A stretch of 64,000 nt of DNA, taken from an uncultured Actinomycetota bacterium (GTDB lineage Bacteria; Actinomycetota; Actinomycetes; Mycobacteriales; Pseudonocardiaceae). This document shows positions 22,675 through 31,978 of the stretch, piece after piece. Position numbers and translations under genes: made by a program. The notes below the pieces were generated by a model, which did no database searches, was not told the origin of the DNA, and saw only the letters and a program-made list of their open reading frames with translations. The DNA lies in NCBI GenBank assembly GCA_963841395.1, contig CAWJCX010000043.1, positions 228,171 to 292,170 on the forward strand, given 5' to 3'. Position 1 is the stretch's first letter. Every line of letters starts with the position of its first letter.

Positions 22675-23600
22675 GCGGCACCACCGACGCCGGAACGCTC
22701 GCCCCGGCCGGCGACCTGTCCACCTGCGATGTCCTCAGTGGACTGTCCGCCGGGGCAGTGGGCTGGGTCGGCCGCAACCTGCCGTTCTTCGACCCGTTCT
22801 CGCCTGCCTCACCGCTGCCGGCGGCCAGGCGGGCCAAGGCGGTGCTGGAGCTGGCGGTGTTCTGCCACCGCTGGGCGAAGCTGCGACCCACGAGCGACCT
22901 GTTCGACCGGGCCGGCGCGCTGCTGCGGGGGATCTGGCGGCGCCCGGAGTTCCCGGTGCTGCTGGACACCCACGGCGGGCCATACGCCGACTCGCAGCGG
23001 CTGGTGTACCTCGCGCTCGCCCCCGACGACCACCGCGACGCCGCCCTGGCCCGGCTGAGCGACGGCTACCTGTCCCCACCGGGCAAGTCGGCGTACCTGC
23101 GGCTGGAGACCCGTTACTACGCGGACAAGGCGAACCTCGCGCACGGCATGGAGTCCTACCGGGAGCTCGCGGCGGGGAGTCTGCTCGCCCGGCCTCCCAC
23201 GCCGCCGGTGTCCACGAGCGACGCGTACACGATGACCCACACCGCCTTCTACCTCAGCGACTACGGCCACCTGCCCGTCGACCTGCCCGACGACACCCGC
23301 GAGCGGGCGCTCCGGGCCGTCGCCGCGCTGGTCGTCTCCTCGGCCCGCGAGGACCTGTGGGACCTGACCGGCGAGCTGCTCATCACGCTCGCCTGCCTCG
23401 GCGGCGACGTCACCGGCACGCCCGCGGGGCAGGCCGGCCTCCGCTGCCTGGCCGGCGCCCAGCTGCCCGGCGGGGCGATCCCGGGACGGTCGGCCGCCAG
23501 CGGGGTGTCGCCCGAGCTGCCGCCGGGCCAGTTCTTCCGCCGGGCCTACCACACCACGCTCGTCGCGGCCCTGGTCGGCATCGTCGCCGGGACGGGCTGA
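22671..23600 (+). CDS. DUF6895-like helical protein, paralog A
   Basis: KAVLELA, YTMTHTAFYLSDYG, WDLTGELL, FRRAYHTTLVA; family label recalled, not searched. Confidence 0.7.
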   Translation: MSGTTDAGTLAPAGDLSTCDVLSGLSAGAVGWVGRNLPFFDPFSPASPLPAARRAKAVLELAVFCHRWAKLRPTSDLFDRAGALLRGIWRRPEFPVLLDTHGGPYADSQRLVYLALAPDDHRDAALARLSDGYLSPPGKSAYLRLETRYYADKANLAHGMESYRELAAGSLLARPPTPPVSTSDAYTMTHTAFYLSDYGHLPVDLPDDTRERALRAVAALVVSSAREDLWDLTGELLITLACLGGDVTGTPAGQAGLRCLAGAQLPGGAIPGRSAASGVSPELPPGQFFRRAYHTTLVAALVGIVAGTG

Positions 23601-24955
23601 TGTCGATCCGGCAGCGGCTGGTGCACGGGGCTTTGATCAGCCCCGACTACGCCCGGCTCTGGGCCGGGCAGGCCGTGTCCGTCCTGGGCGACATGGTCTT
23701 CCTCACCACGCTGGTGCTGTGGGTGGGCACCGTGCTGGCCGAGGGGCAGCCGTGGGCGCCGGCGGCGGTGAGCGGCATCGTGGTCGCGACCGGCGCGGCG
23801 ATCCTGGTCGGCCCGATCGCCGGCACGCTGGTCGACCGGTGGGACAGCCGGCGCACCGCGCTCGGCGCCGACGTCGTCCGTGGTGTCCTGGCCGGGCTGC
23901 TGACCGCGGTGGTGACGTTCGTCCCGGTCGACGCCCTGCCAGTCGCGGTCTGGCTCGGGCTGATCTACCTGATCGTCTTCGGGCTCTACCTGAACAGCCA
24001 GTTCTTCCAGCCGGCCCGGTTCACCCTGATCCGGGACATCGTGTCCGGCGAGGTCGACCGCGCCCGGGCGGCGGGCATCGCGCAGGCGACCGGCCAGACC
24101 GTGATGATTGTCGGCCCACCGCTCGCCGCACCACTGATGTTCGGCGCCGGGGTGCAGTGGGCACTGCTGTTCAACGCGCTGTCCTACGGCGTCTCCTTCG
24201 TCGCGATCCGCTCGGTGCGGGCCAGAGCACCCGAGCCCGCACCGGAACCGCGGGGCGAAGCTGCGTCGGGCGTGCGCGCGGAGTTCGTGGCGGGCCTGAA
24301 GTTCTTCCGCGGCAACAGAACCCTGGTCACCCTGCTGTCCATCGCGGTGATCGGCCAGCTCGGGATCGCCCCGCTGACCACGCTGAACGTGTTCTTCCTG
24401 ACCGACAACCTGCACGCCTCGACCCAGCTGTTCGGCTACCTCGGCATGGCGCTCGGCGTGGGCGGGGTCCTCGGCGCGCTGTGCACCGGCCGGATGGTGC
24501 GCCTGCTCGGCGCGCGCACGGTCACCTGGGCCGGCATCGTCCTGCTCGGCGTCCTGCTGATCGCCTACTCCCGCCAGACCGCCTTCGGCGCCGGGCTGGT
24601 CCTGCTGTTCCTGCTCGCGATCCCGATGACCATGGCGAACACCGCCGTGGCGCCGCTGTTGCTCGGCGCCGCCCCACGGGAGTACGTCGGCCGGACGACC
24701 GCGGTGTTCAACCCGGTCAACCAGCTCACCGGCATGCTGGGCACCCTGGTGGCGGGCTGGCTGCTCAGCTCGCTGCTGCGGGGCTTCAGCGTCTCGCTGC
24801 TCGGCCTGCGGCTCGGGCCGGTCGACCTGATCCTCATGGTGGCCGGTGGGTTGATCGTCCTTTCCGGACTGTACGCACGGGTCGCGCTGCGGCAGGCCGC
24901 GGCCGCGGAGACGGCGGCCCAGGTCGAGAAGCCCGTGCCCGACACGGCGTCCTGA
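23600..24955 (+). CDS. MFS transporter (likely product export)
   Basis: YARLWAGQAVS, AGTLVDRWDSRR, many TM segments; TGATG coupling to the upstream gene. Confidence 0.9.
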   Translation: MSIRQRLVHGALISPDYARLWAGQAVSVLGDMVFLTTLVLWVGTVLAEGQPWAPAAVSGIVVATGAAILVGPIAGTLVDRWDSRRTALGADVVRGVLAGLLTAVVTFVPVDALPVAVWLGLIYLIVFGLYLNSQFFQPARFTLIRDIVSGEVDRARAAGIAQATGQTVMIVGPPLAAPLMFGAGVQWALLFNALSYGVSFVAIRSVRARAPEPAPEPRGEAASGVRAEFVAGLKFFRGNRTLVTLLSIAVIGQLGIAPLTTLNVFFLTDNLHASTQLFGYLGMALGVGGVLGALCTGRMVRLLGARTVTWAGIVLLGVLLIAYSRQTAFGAGLVLLFLLAIPMTMANTAVAPLLLGAAPREYVGRTTAVFNPVNQLTGMLGTLVAGWLLSSLLRGFSVSLLGLRLGPVDLILMVAGGLIVLSGLYARVALRQAAAAETAAQVEKPVPDTAS

Positions 24956-24960
24956 CCGCG

Positions 24961-26029
24961 TCAGCGCGGGGTGAGGAAGCCCAGCAGGTCCACCGGCGGC
25001 CCGGCGGGAAGGGCGTTCCGGTGCAGCTCGGCGAGCATCGCCGCGACCCCGGCCGTGACCGCGTCCGTGCCGGCCGCCCGCTCCGCCCACCGCCAGTCGC
25101 CGTCCGGGTTCACCTCGAGGAACACCGGTGTACCGGCCCGGACGAGGAAGTCGAACGCCCCGTAGCGCAGCGACATCGCGGCGGCGAGCACCCGGGTGGC
25201 GTCGACGACCGCCGCGGGCGGCGGGCACACCCGGACCCCGACCCGCTCCGGCGCGAGCCACGGGTCGGCGGGGGAGGACTTGTCCACCGCGAACCCGTGC
25301 ACCCGTCCGTCCAAAAAGTAGACCCGCAGCTCGACGTCGTGCTCGACGTACTCCTGGACGACCACCGGCGCCCCGGCGGGGGAGACCGCCGGCAGGTCCC
25401 GTCGCGCCACGACCGCGGGGAACCGGCCGGTCAGCAGGCCGGGCGTGGCCTCGGTGAAGTGGCGGTGGACGGCCTTGACCACCAGCCGCCGGCAGCCGAG
25501 GACCTCGCCCGCTCCCGCCAGGTCGGTGGTGACGACCGTGCGCGGCACGGCCACCCCGTACTGCCCGCGCGGTGCGCAGCTGGGCGAGCAGCCCGCGCGG
25601 CGCCGGTGCGAGGTCGACGACCGCGGTCGCGGCCAGCGCGGCGGCCGCCGCCTGCCACGACTCGCGCAGGAACAGGTCGGCGTCGGGATCGCCGGTCCCC
25701 TCGACCGCCAGGCCGGAGAAGTGCCTGGTCCAGCTCACCGTCGGCGCCACCCAGCCGGCCCCCGCGCGCACGGCGCCGGAGTCGGCGTCGATCAGCAGGC
25801 CGTCGAGCGCGTCGGCGTCGAGGCGGACCACCGGGATCCCCACCCGGCCGAGCAGCGCCCGCACGCCGTCGACGTCCTCGTCGCAGGTGCGGCTGAGCAC
25901 CAGCACCGCCGGCACGGGCCGGTCGCGGGTACCGGCGGACCCGGCCGGTGCCGCGGTGCGCGTGGTGCGGGGCCGGACGTCGACGACCCGGCCGGGGAAG
26001 CGGAAGCCGCCGCCCGGTGGCCCGGTCAC
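24961..26029 (-). CDS. RimK/MvdC-MvdD-like ATP-grasp ligase (one frameshift near 25565)
   Basis: N-part VLVLSRTCD..VVRLDAD in one frame; VPRTVVT, VVKAV, VQEYV, ELRVY, YGAFDF, FLEVNPDGDWRW in another; one extra base joins them. Confidence 0.8.
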
Positions 26030-26694
26030 TCCGCCCGGCCGCGATCGGCGGCGCTGTCGGCCAGCAGCTCGTCCGCCATCAGCTCGTCGGCCATCAGCAG
26101 GAGCTTGGTCACGGTGGCCCGGACCGGCTCGGTCGCCGACGGCAGGCGGGCGGCGACCCGGTGCAGCAGCGGCTGGCCGGCCAGATTCTCGCCCGGCCGG
26201 TCCGCGCGCTCCCGCTCCAGCGCGCGCAGGCGCACCATCAGTGCCAGGACCGCCGCCGTCTCGGTGGCCAGCAGCCCGAGCGCGTCGAGGTCGTCGAGGT
26301 CGTTGCGTGGCCGGCTGTCCCGGTCCAGCACCTCGAGCACGCCGATGCAGTCGCCGTTCCGGAACAGCGGCGCGGCCATGATGCTCTGCGGCACGTAGCC
26401 GGTGGACTCGGCGGCGTCGCGGGCGAACTGCGGGCTGGCCGACACGTCGTCGATGAGCAGCGGCTGTCCACACGCGACGGTCCAGCCCGCGATCCCGGTG
26501 TCCATCGGGAAGCTCGTGCCGAGCAGCGAGTCCTCGCCCTCGCCCGCCACGGCCTCGAACACCAGCTCGCCGGTCTCCTGGTTCAGCAGGAACACCGAGG
26601 CGGCCGCCGCGCCGTAGACACCGCGGGCCACCTCCACGATCGACTGGAGCAGGTGGCGCTGGGCCAGTTCGGAGGAGTCGGTTCGCGCCATCAT
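26026..26694 (-). CDS. GAF domain protein
   Basis: AAASVFLL..ELVFEAVAG..GIAGW..SIMAAPL..IGVLEVLDR; ATGA overlap with the S8 gene. Confidence 0.85.
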   Translation of the reverse strand: MMARTDSSELAQRHLLQSIVEVARGVYGAAAASVFLLNQETGELVFEAVAGEGEDSLLGTSFPMDTGIAGWTVACGQPLLIDDVSASPQFARDAAESTGYVPQSIMAAPLFRNGDCIGVLEVLDRDSRPRNDLDDLDALGLLATETAAVLALMVRLRALERERADRPGENLAGQPLLHRVAARLPSATEPVRATVTKLLLMADELMADELLADSAADRGRAE

Positions 26695-27572
26695 GAACCT
26701 CCCGGTGCGGCGATGACGTTCTCGGCGGTCAGGTACAGCACGGACTTGAGCTGGAACGGCGTGAGCATGGGGTGCTTGCTGAGGATCAGCGCGCAGATCC
26801 CGGCGATGTGCGGGGTCGCCAGGCTGTTCCCGGTGGTGAGGATCTCCCGCCCGCCGCTCCACGCCACCCGCACCCGCACGCCGCGGGCGTAGAACTCCAC
26901 CGGTGGGGCCGGGTTGTAGTAGAAGGTCATCGGGTCGGGGTCGTCGTGGCTGGCCACCGAGATCAGCGACGTGAACGGCCACGGATAGCTCTGCACCGGC
27001 ATGTTGTGCGCCGAGGCGACGATCACGCAGCGGCGGAAGTAGGCGCGGTCGGTGAGCTCCCGCAGGGTGTCGCGGAACTTCTCCTTGGTCGTCGACAGGC
27101 TCATGTTGATCACGTCGAAGCCCTCGTCGACCGCCCACTCGAGCCCGGCCAGCAACGCCGCGCCGGTGCCGTGCTTTCCGTTGCCCAGCACGCGGACCGA
27201 GGTGAGCGAGACCTTCGGGGCGAGCCGGCGGATCACGCTCGCGCACGCCGTGCCGTGACCGGCCAGGTCGGTGGGCTCCACCGGCACCACGGCCATCCCG
27301 TCGTCACCGTCGACCACGTCCATGGCCTGTTCCACCCCACCCACCAGCGGGTGCGAGGCGTCCACGCCACTGTCCAGCACGCAGGCCCGGACACCGTCAC
27401 CGTCCGCGTCCCCCCACGCCCAGTCCCGGGTGACGGGGCCGAGCGGGCTGACGTCGAAGTGCTCGCGGGGCAGCTGGGTGGCGGGCATCCCCCAGGCCGG
27501 CACACCGGGGAAGTGACCGCGCGGCGGGCGCCGCCACGGCGGTGGCTCGATCGTCGGACGCGGGTCAGCCAT
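26691..27572 (-). CDS. Cytoplasmic S8 (subtilisin-like) serine peptidase
   Basis: VLDSG, GHGTACA and GNSLATP triad; no signal peptide. Confidence 0.9.
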   Translation of the reverse strand: MADPRPTIEPPPWRRPPRGHFPGVPAWGMPATQLPREHFDVSPLGPVTRDWAWGDADGDGVRACVLDSGVDASHPLVGGVEQAMDVVDGDDGMAVVPVEPTDLAGHGTACASVIRRLAPKVSLTSVRVLGNGKHGTGAALLAGLEWAVDEGFDVINMSLSTTKEKFRDTLRELTDRAYFRRCVIVASAHNMPVQSYPWPFTSLISVASHDDPDPMTFYYNPAPPVEFYARGVRVRVAWSGGREILTTGNSLATPHIAGICALILSKHPMLTPFQLKSVLYLTAENVIAAPGGS

Positions 27573-30500
27573 CGCGCGCCTCCGTTCCGGCGCCGGCCGC
27601 GAGCCACGCGCGGGTCCGTTCGGCGAAGAGCACGGCGCCCTTGGCCTCGAAGTCCCGCAGCGCGGCCGAGCCCGCGCGCTCCGCGTCCCCCGCCCGCCCG
27701 GCCGCGCGGAGCACGACCGCCAGGTCGAAGGTCGTCGCCCCGGCCAGGCGCGGGTCGTCGGTCCCGTCGCCGAGCGCCCGGGCGGCGGTCGCGGCGTCGA
27801 TCGCCGCGGGGTGCCGTCCCGTGGCCGAGGCGATCCGGCCGCGCAGCGCGGTCGCGGCTATCCGCGCCCGCGTGCTGCTGACCTCCCGGCCGGCGCCGGC
27901 CCGGTCCAGCGCCTCGGCGGCGTCGTCGAGCCGGCCCTGCTCGAAGAGCGACCTGGCGATGAGCACCTCCACGTTCTGGGTGTCCGGGGCGTCCGCGCCG
28001 TTGCGCAGGATCTCCAGCGCGCGGCGGTAGCGGCCCTCAGCCCGGTCGTGCCGCCCGGCCAGCGCCTCCAGGTCGCCGCCCACCTTCAACGCGGCGGCCA
28101 TCGGCAGGTCGAGGTGGATCTCGTCGACGGACTCCTCCAGCATCGCGAGCCTCGTCCGCGCGGCCGGGAGGTCGCCGGCCAGCGCGAGCAGCGTCGTCCA
28201 GGTCACCAGCACCGGCAGCAGCAGCATCCGGTTCGCGGCGAACTGGTCGGCCAGCGACTCGCACAGCGCCAGGCCGGCCTCGACCGGGGTCGGCGTCCAC
28301 TGCGCCAGCTCGCAGATCGCGCTCAGCAGCCAGTCCGCCTCGTGGCCGTCCGCCATGGCGCGGGCGCGGTCCAGCGCGAGCCGCAGCTCCGCGTCCGCCG
28401 CGGCGGTCCGCTCCTCGACGAGGTGCAGGTGGGCCTGGAGGCTGTGGAACCGGCACCAGCTCAGGTCGTCGCCAGGGTGGCGCTCGAGGTCCGCCCGGAT
28501 CGCGGCGGCCTCAGCGGCCACCCGGACCGGCGGCACCAGGCCGAGCCGCAGCGAGACGAGGCAGCGCTGGATCGCGCACACGGTGCGGTTGCGCCGGTCG
28601 TCCGGCAGCGCGGCCTCGGCGTGGGCCAGCGCGGCCAGGCACCGCGGCGCGTCCCGCAGCCACAGCCCCGCGTCGCAGACGTGCAGCGCGAGCGTGGTGT
28701 GCCGGGCGTCGCCGGACGCGACCAGCTCCCGGGCCCGCTCCAGCAGCTGGACCGCGGCCGGCAGGTCCTTGCGGTCCAGGGCGCGCATGCCCTCGGCGGT
28801 CAGCGCGTCGGCCGCCGCGGACGCCAGGCCGGGCAGCGTCGCGTCACCCGGCCGCAGGTCCTTGCTCAGCGCCCAGGCCTGCTCCACGTGGTAGGCGACG
28901 GCCATCCCGTCCCCGCTCTCGCCGTACCAGCGGGCCACGAACTCGTGCCACCGCTGCCGGCGGGTCTTCGGGGTGAACTCGTAGGCCGTCTCGCGCAGCA
29001 GCGGCTGGGCGAACCGGATCGTCCCGGAGCGACCGCGCGCCAGCACGCGGCGGCGGACCAGCATGGCGACCAGGTCGGCCGCCGCCGGCTCGCTGATCCC
29101 GGCCTCCGCCGCCATCGCGTGCAGTACCTCGCCGGTGAAGTCGCGCCCGATGATCGCCGCCAGCTCCACCACGGTGCGCTCCTGGCCGGGGAGCTGGTCC
29201 AGCCGGGCGCCGAGCAGCGCGTGGATCGTGGGCGGGGTCCGCACGTCCGGGTCGGCCTCGGTGACGACGTCCATGATCAGCTCGGCGAACAGCGGGTTCC
29301 CGTCGCACTGCGCCGCCACGCGGTCGAGGGTGTCGGTGTACTCGTGCGCGTACACCTCCTCCCGCAGGGCCAGGTGGGCCACCAGCTCGACGCTCTGCGC
29401 CCGCGTCATCGGCACCAGCTCGAGGGTCATCGCGGAGGTCTTGCCGCCGCCCCAGGTCGGCCTGGTCTCCAGCAGCTCGCCGCGGGCCACGCACAGCATC
29501 AGCACCGGGACGTCGGTCAGCCGGCTCGCCACGTCGTCGACGAGGTCGAGCAGCGTCTCCTCCGCCCAGTGCAGGTCCTCCCACACCATGACCACCGGGC
29601 GGCCCTGCCCGAGCGTGTCGAGCAGCGACCGGGCCGCCCACGCGATGTCGGCGGTGCCGACCGTCGCCGTGGCGGCGCCGGTCACCGTCGCCAGCGTGCG
29701 GGCGGCCAGCCCGTCGGCGCCCAGCAGCCCGGCCAGGGCGGGCCAGCCGCCGGGAAAGGCGGCGAGGATGTCGGCCAGCGGCTTGTAGGTGATGCCCCGC
29801 CCGTAGGGGGAGCAGCGGCCGGCCAGCACCAGCACCTCGCCGTCGGGCAGCGTGCCGAGGAACTCCTGGACCAGCCGCGACTTGCCGATCCCCGGTACGC
29901 CGAGCACGGTGACCAGGCACAGCTGCCGGTCGCGGATCATCCGCCGGTAGCTCTGCCGCAGGTCCAGCAGCTCGTCCTCGCGGCCGATGAACGGCGCGGG
30001 CGCGGTCCGCTCGTCGTCGACCGCGACGGTCTCGGCGACCCGGAACGCCGGAACGGGACTCGCCTTTCCCTTCAGCCGCAACGGCGCGACCGGCTCGATG
30101 CCGACCTGGTGCCGGATCATCGAAGCGGTGTCGGCGTCGAGGAGGATGCCGCCCGGCGGTGCGGCGTTCTGCAGCCGGCTCGCGGTGTTGCCCGCGTCGC
30201 CGACGACCCGGAAGTCGCCGTCGGCCGTGGTCAGCACGACCACGTCACCGGTGCACACCCCGCAGCGGGCGTCGAGCGTGATCCCGTAGCGGGCGGTGAA
30301 CTCGGCGCTGAGCCGGCGCACCGCGGCCAGTGCCGCCACGGCCGCGCGCACCGCCCGGACCGCGTCGTCCTCGTGCGCGACGAGGGCGCCGAACGCGGCC
30401 ATCACCGCGTCGCCGATGAACTTCTCCACCACCCCGCCGTGGTCGGTGATGGAGGCCGAGCAGGCCGCGAAGTACTGGTCCATGACCTCCCGCAGCGGCT

Positions 30501-30672
30501 CCGGGTCCAACCGCTCGGCGAGCTGGGTGGACCCCACCACGTCCACGAACAGGACCGACACCTTCTTGCGCGCCTCCCGCGGCGCCGGGAGGGCCTGCAG
30601 CGCGGCGCCGCAGTTGACGCAGAACCGGTCGGTCTCCGCGGTGCGGGCCGCGCACGCGGGGCACGTCAGCAC
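27565..30672 (-). CDS. Zn-ribbon - class III adenylate/guanylate cyclase - AAA/STAND ATPase - TPR-like protein
   Basis: CPAC..FCVNCG, LFVDVVGST, KFIGDAVM, GDAGNTASRLQ, GVPGIGKS, WEDLHWA, GNPLF; GGAGG before GTG 30672. Confidence 0.9.
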   Translation of the reverse strand: MLTCPACAARTAETDRFCVNCGAALQALPAPREARKKVSVLFVDVVGSTQLAERLDPEPLREVMDQYFAACSASITDHGGVVEKFIGDAVMAAFGALVAHEDDAVRAVRAAVAALAAVRRLSAEFTARYGITLDARCGVCTGDVVVLTTADGDFRVVGDAGNTASRLQNAAPPGGILLDADTASMIRHQVGIEPVAPLRLKGKASPVPAFRVAETVAVDDERTAPAPFIGREDELLDLRQSYRRMIRDRQLCLVTVLGVPGIGKSRLVQEFLGTLPDGEVLVLAGRCSPYGRGITYKPLADILAAFPGGWPALAGLLGADGLAARTLATVTGAATATVGTADIAWAARSLLDTLGQGRPVVMVWEDLHWAEETLLDLVDDVASRLTDVPVLMLCVARGELLETRPTWGGGKTSAMTLELVPMTRAQSVELVAHLALREEVYAHEYTDTLDRVAAQCDGNPLFAELIMDVVTEADPDVRTPPTIHALLGARLDQLPGQERTVVELAAIIGRDFTGEVLHAMAAEAGISEPAAADLVAMLVRRRVLARGRSGTIRFAQPLLRETAYEFTPKTRRQRWHEFVARWYGESGDGMAVAYHVEQAWALSKDLRPGDATLPGLASAAADALTAEGMRALDRKDLPAAVQLLERARELVASGDARHTTLALHVCDAGLWLRDAPRCLAALAHAEAALPDDRRNRTVCAIQRCLVSLRLGLVPPVRVAAEAAAIRADLERHPGDDLSWCRFHSLQAHLHLVEERTAAADAELRLALDRARAMADGHEADWLLSAICELAQWTPTPVEAGLALCESLADQFAANRMLLLPVLVTWTTLLALAGDLPAARTRLAMLEESVDEIHLDLPMAAALKVGGDLEALAGRHDRAEGRYRRALEILRNGADAPDTQNVEVLIARSLFEQGRLDDAAEALDRAGAGREVSSTRARIAATALRGRIASATGRHPAAIDAATAARALGDGTDDPRLAGATTFDLAVVLRAAGRAGDAERAGSAALRDFEAKGAVLFAERTRAWLAAGAGTEARDG

Positions 30673-30853
30673 TGTGACCTCCGCGTGTGCCCGTTCTCCG
30701 GTTGTGTCCCCAGAATCGATTTCCCGGGTTCTGAAATGTTCAACGGGCGGTTCGGCAACGGTTAAACGCCAGGACGCACGGCATCGACACGAGGCGGCGG
30801 GGAGATCACGCTTGTTCCCGAGCCGTCCCCCGCGACCCGTTGGGAGGCCATCG

Positions 30854-31978
30854 ATGCCGGAGGCCATCGCCTACCGCACCGGCACCTACCGTTCGGTCGA
30901 CCCGGCACGCACCTGGGAGCGGGTGGAGCCGATGCTCGGCCGCTTCGGCATCACCAGGGTCGCCGACCTCACCCGGCTCGACGACATCGGGCTGCCGGTC
31001 CACGCGGCCTACCGGCCGACCAGCCTCACCTACGCGGTCAGCATGGGCACCGGCGTGACCGTGGCGCAGTCCAGGGTCAGCGCGGTGATGGAGAGCATCG
31101 AGATCTGGCACGCCGAGAACCTCCGGCTGCCGGTCGCCGCCCGCGCTCCGGCGGCCGCCCTCGACCTCGGCTACGACGTGCGGGGCCTGAACCTGGCGCC
31201 GCGGTCGCCGCTGACCTCCCACGTCGTGCTGGACTGGGTGCGCGGGCACGGCCTGCTCACCGGCCGCGAGATGCTGGCCCCCGTCGACGCCATCCGGCTC
31301 GACGGCACCGCACCCCGCGACTGGGCCACCGTGCTCTTCCGGGCCACCAGCGAGGGCATGGCCACCGGCAACACCGAGGCCGAAGCCGTGCTGCACGGCC
31401 TTTTCGAGCTGATCGAGCGGGCGAGCCTGGCCGGCCACCGGGACCGCGAACGGCGCTACGTCGACCCGGCGACCTGCCGGGACCCGGTGACCACCCGTAT
31501 CCACGACGCGCTGGTCGCGGCGGACTGCACCGTGACCGTCCGCGACGTCACCGGGTCCACCGGGCTGCCCTCCTACGTGGCCACCGTCTGGTCGGTCGAC
31601 GTGCCGATGCGCTGCGCCGGGTTCGGCTGCCACGTCCAGGGGGAGATCGCGCTCGGCCGGGCGATGAGCGAAGCGGTCCTGACCCGGCTGGCGGCGATCT
31701 CCGGCGCCCGCGACGACATCGACGGCGTGGTGTACCGCGAGATGGCCGAGCCGGTCGTGCCCGCCGACCGGGCCGATCTGCGCGAGCGCGACGGCTGGGC
31801 CGGCTGGATCGACGACGGCGACCTGCGCTCGGTGATCCGCCACTGCGCGTCGCTCGTCGCGTCGGCCACCGGTTGCGAGCCGTTCATGGTCCGGCTGGGT
31901 CACGACGACATCGGCATCCCCGCGGTCAAGGTGTTCACCCCGGGCCTGCGGGCCCTCGGCCGGACGGGACCGTCATGA
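30854..31978 (+). CDS. ycaO: YcaO-like protein (TfuA-associated type)
   Basis: GITRVADLTRLDDIG, SAVMESIE..HAE, ELIER, ISGARDD, VKVFTPGL. Confidence 0.88.
   Translation: MPEAIAYRTGTYRSVDPARTWERVEPMLGRFGITRVADLTRLDDIGLPVHAAYRPTSLTYAVSMGTGVTVAQSRVSAVMESIEIWHAENLRLPVAARAPAAALDLGYDVRGLNLAPRSPLTSHVVLDWVRGHGLLTGREMLAPVDAIRLDGTAPRDWATVLFRATSEGMATGNTEAEAVLHGLFELIERASLAGHRDRERRYVDPATCRDPVTTRIHDALVAADCTVTVRDVTGSTGLPSYVATVWSVDVPMRCAGFGCHVQGEIALGRAMSEAVLTRLAAISGARDDIDGVVYREMAEPVVPADRADLRERDGWAGWIDDGDLRSVIRHCASLVASATGCEPFMVRLGHDDIGIPAVKVFTPGLRALGRTGPS

Noticed and set aside
27811-30765. Long antisense ORFs (also 19370-21391 and 10503-12614)
   Set aside because: Typical high-GC antisense shadows of real genes with no motifs
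30728-30770. GTT repeats in the cyclase/ycaO divergent promoter as SARP boxes
   Set aside because: Spacing is 10, 12 and 11 bp with a very short consensus; too weak to call
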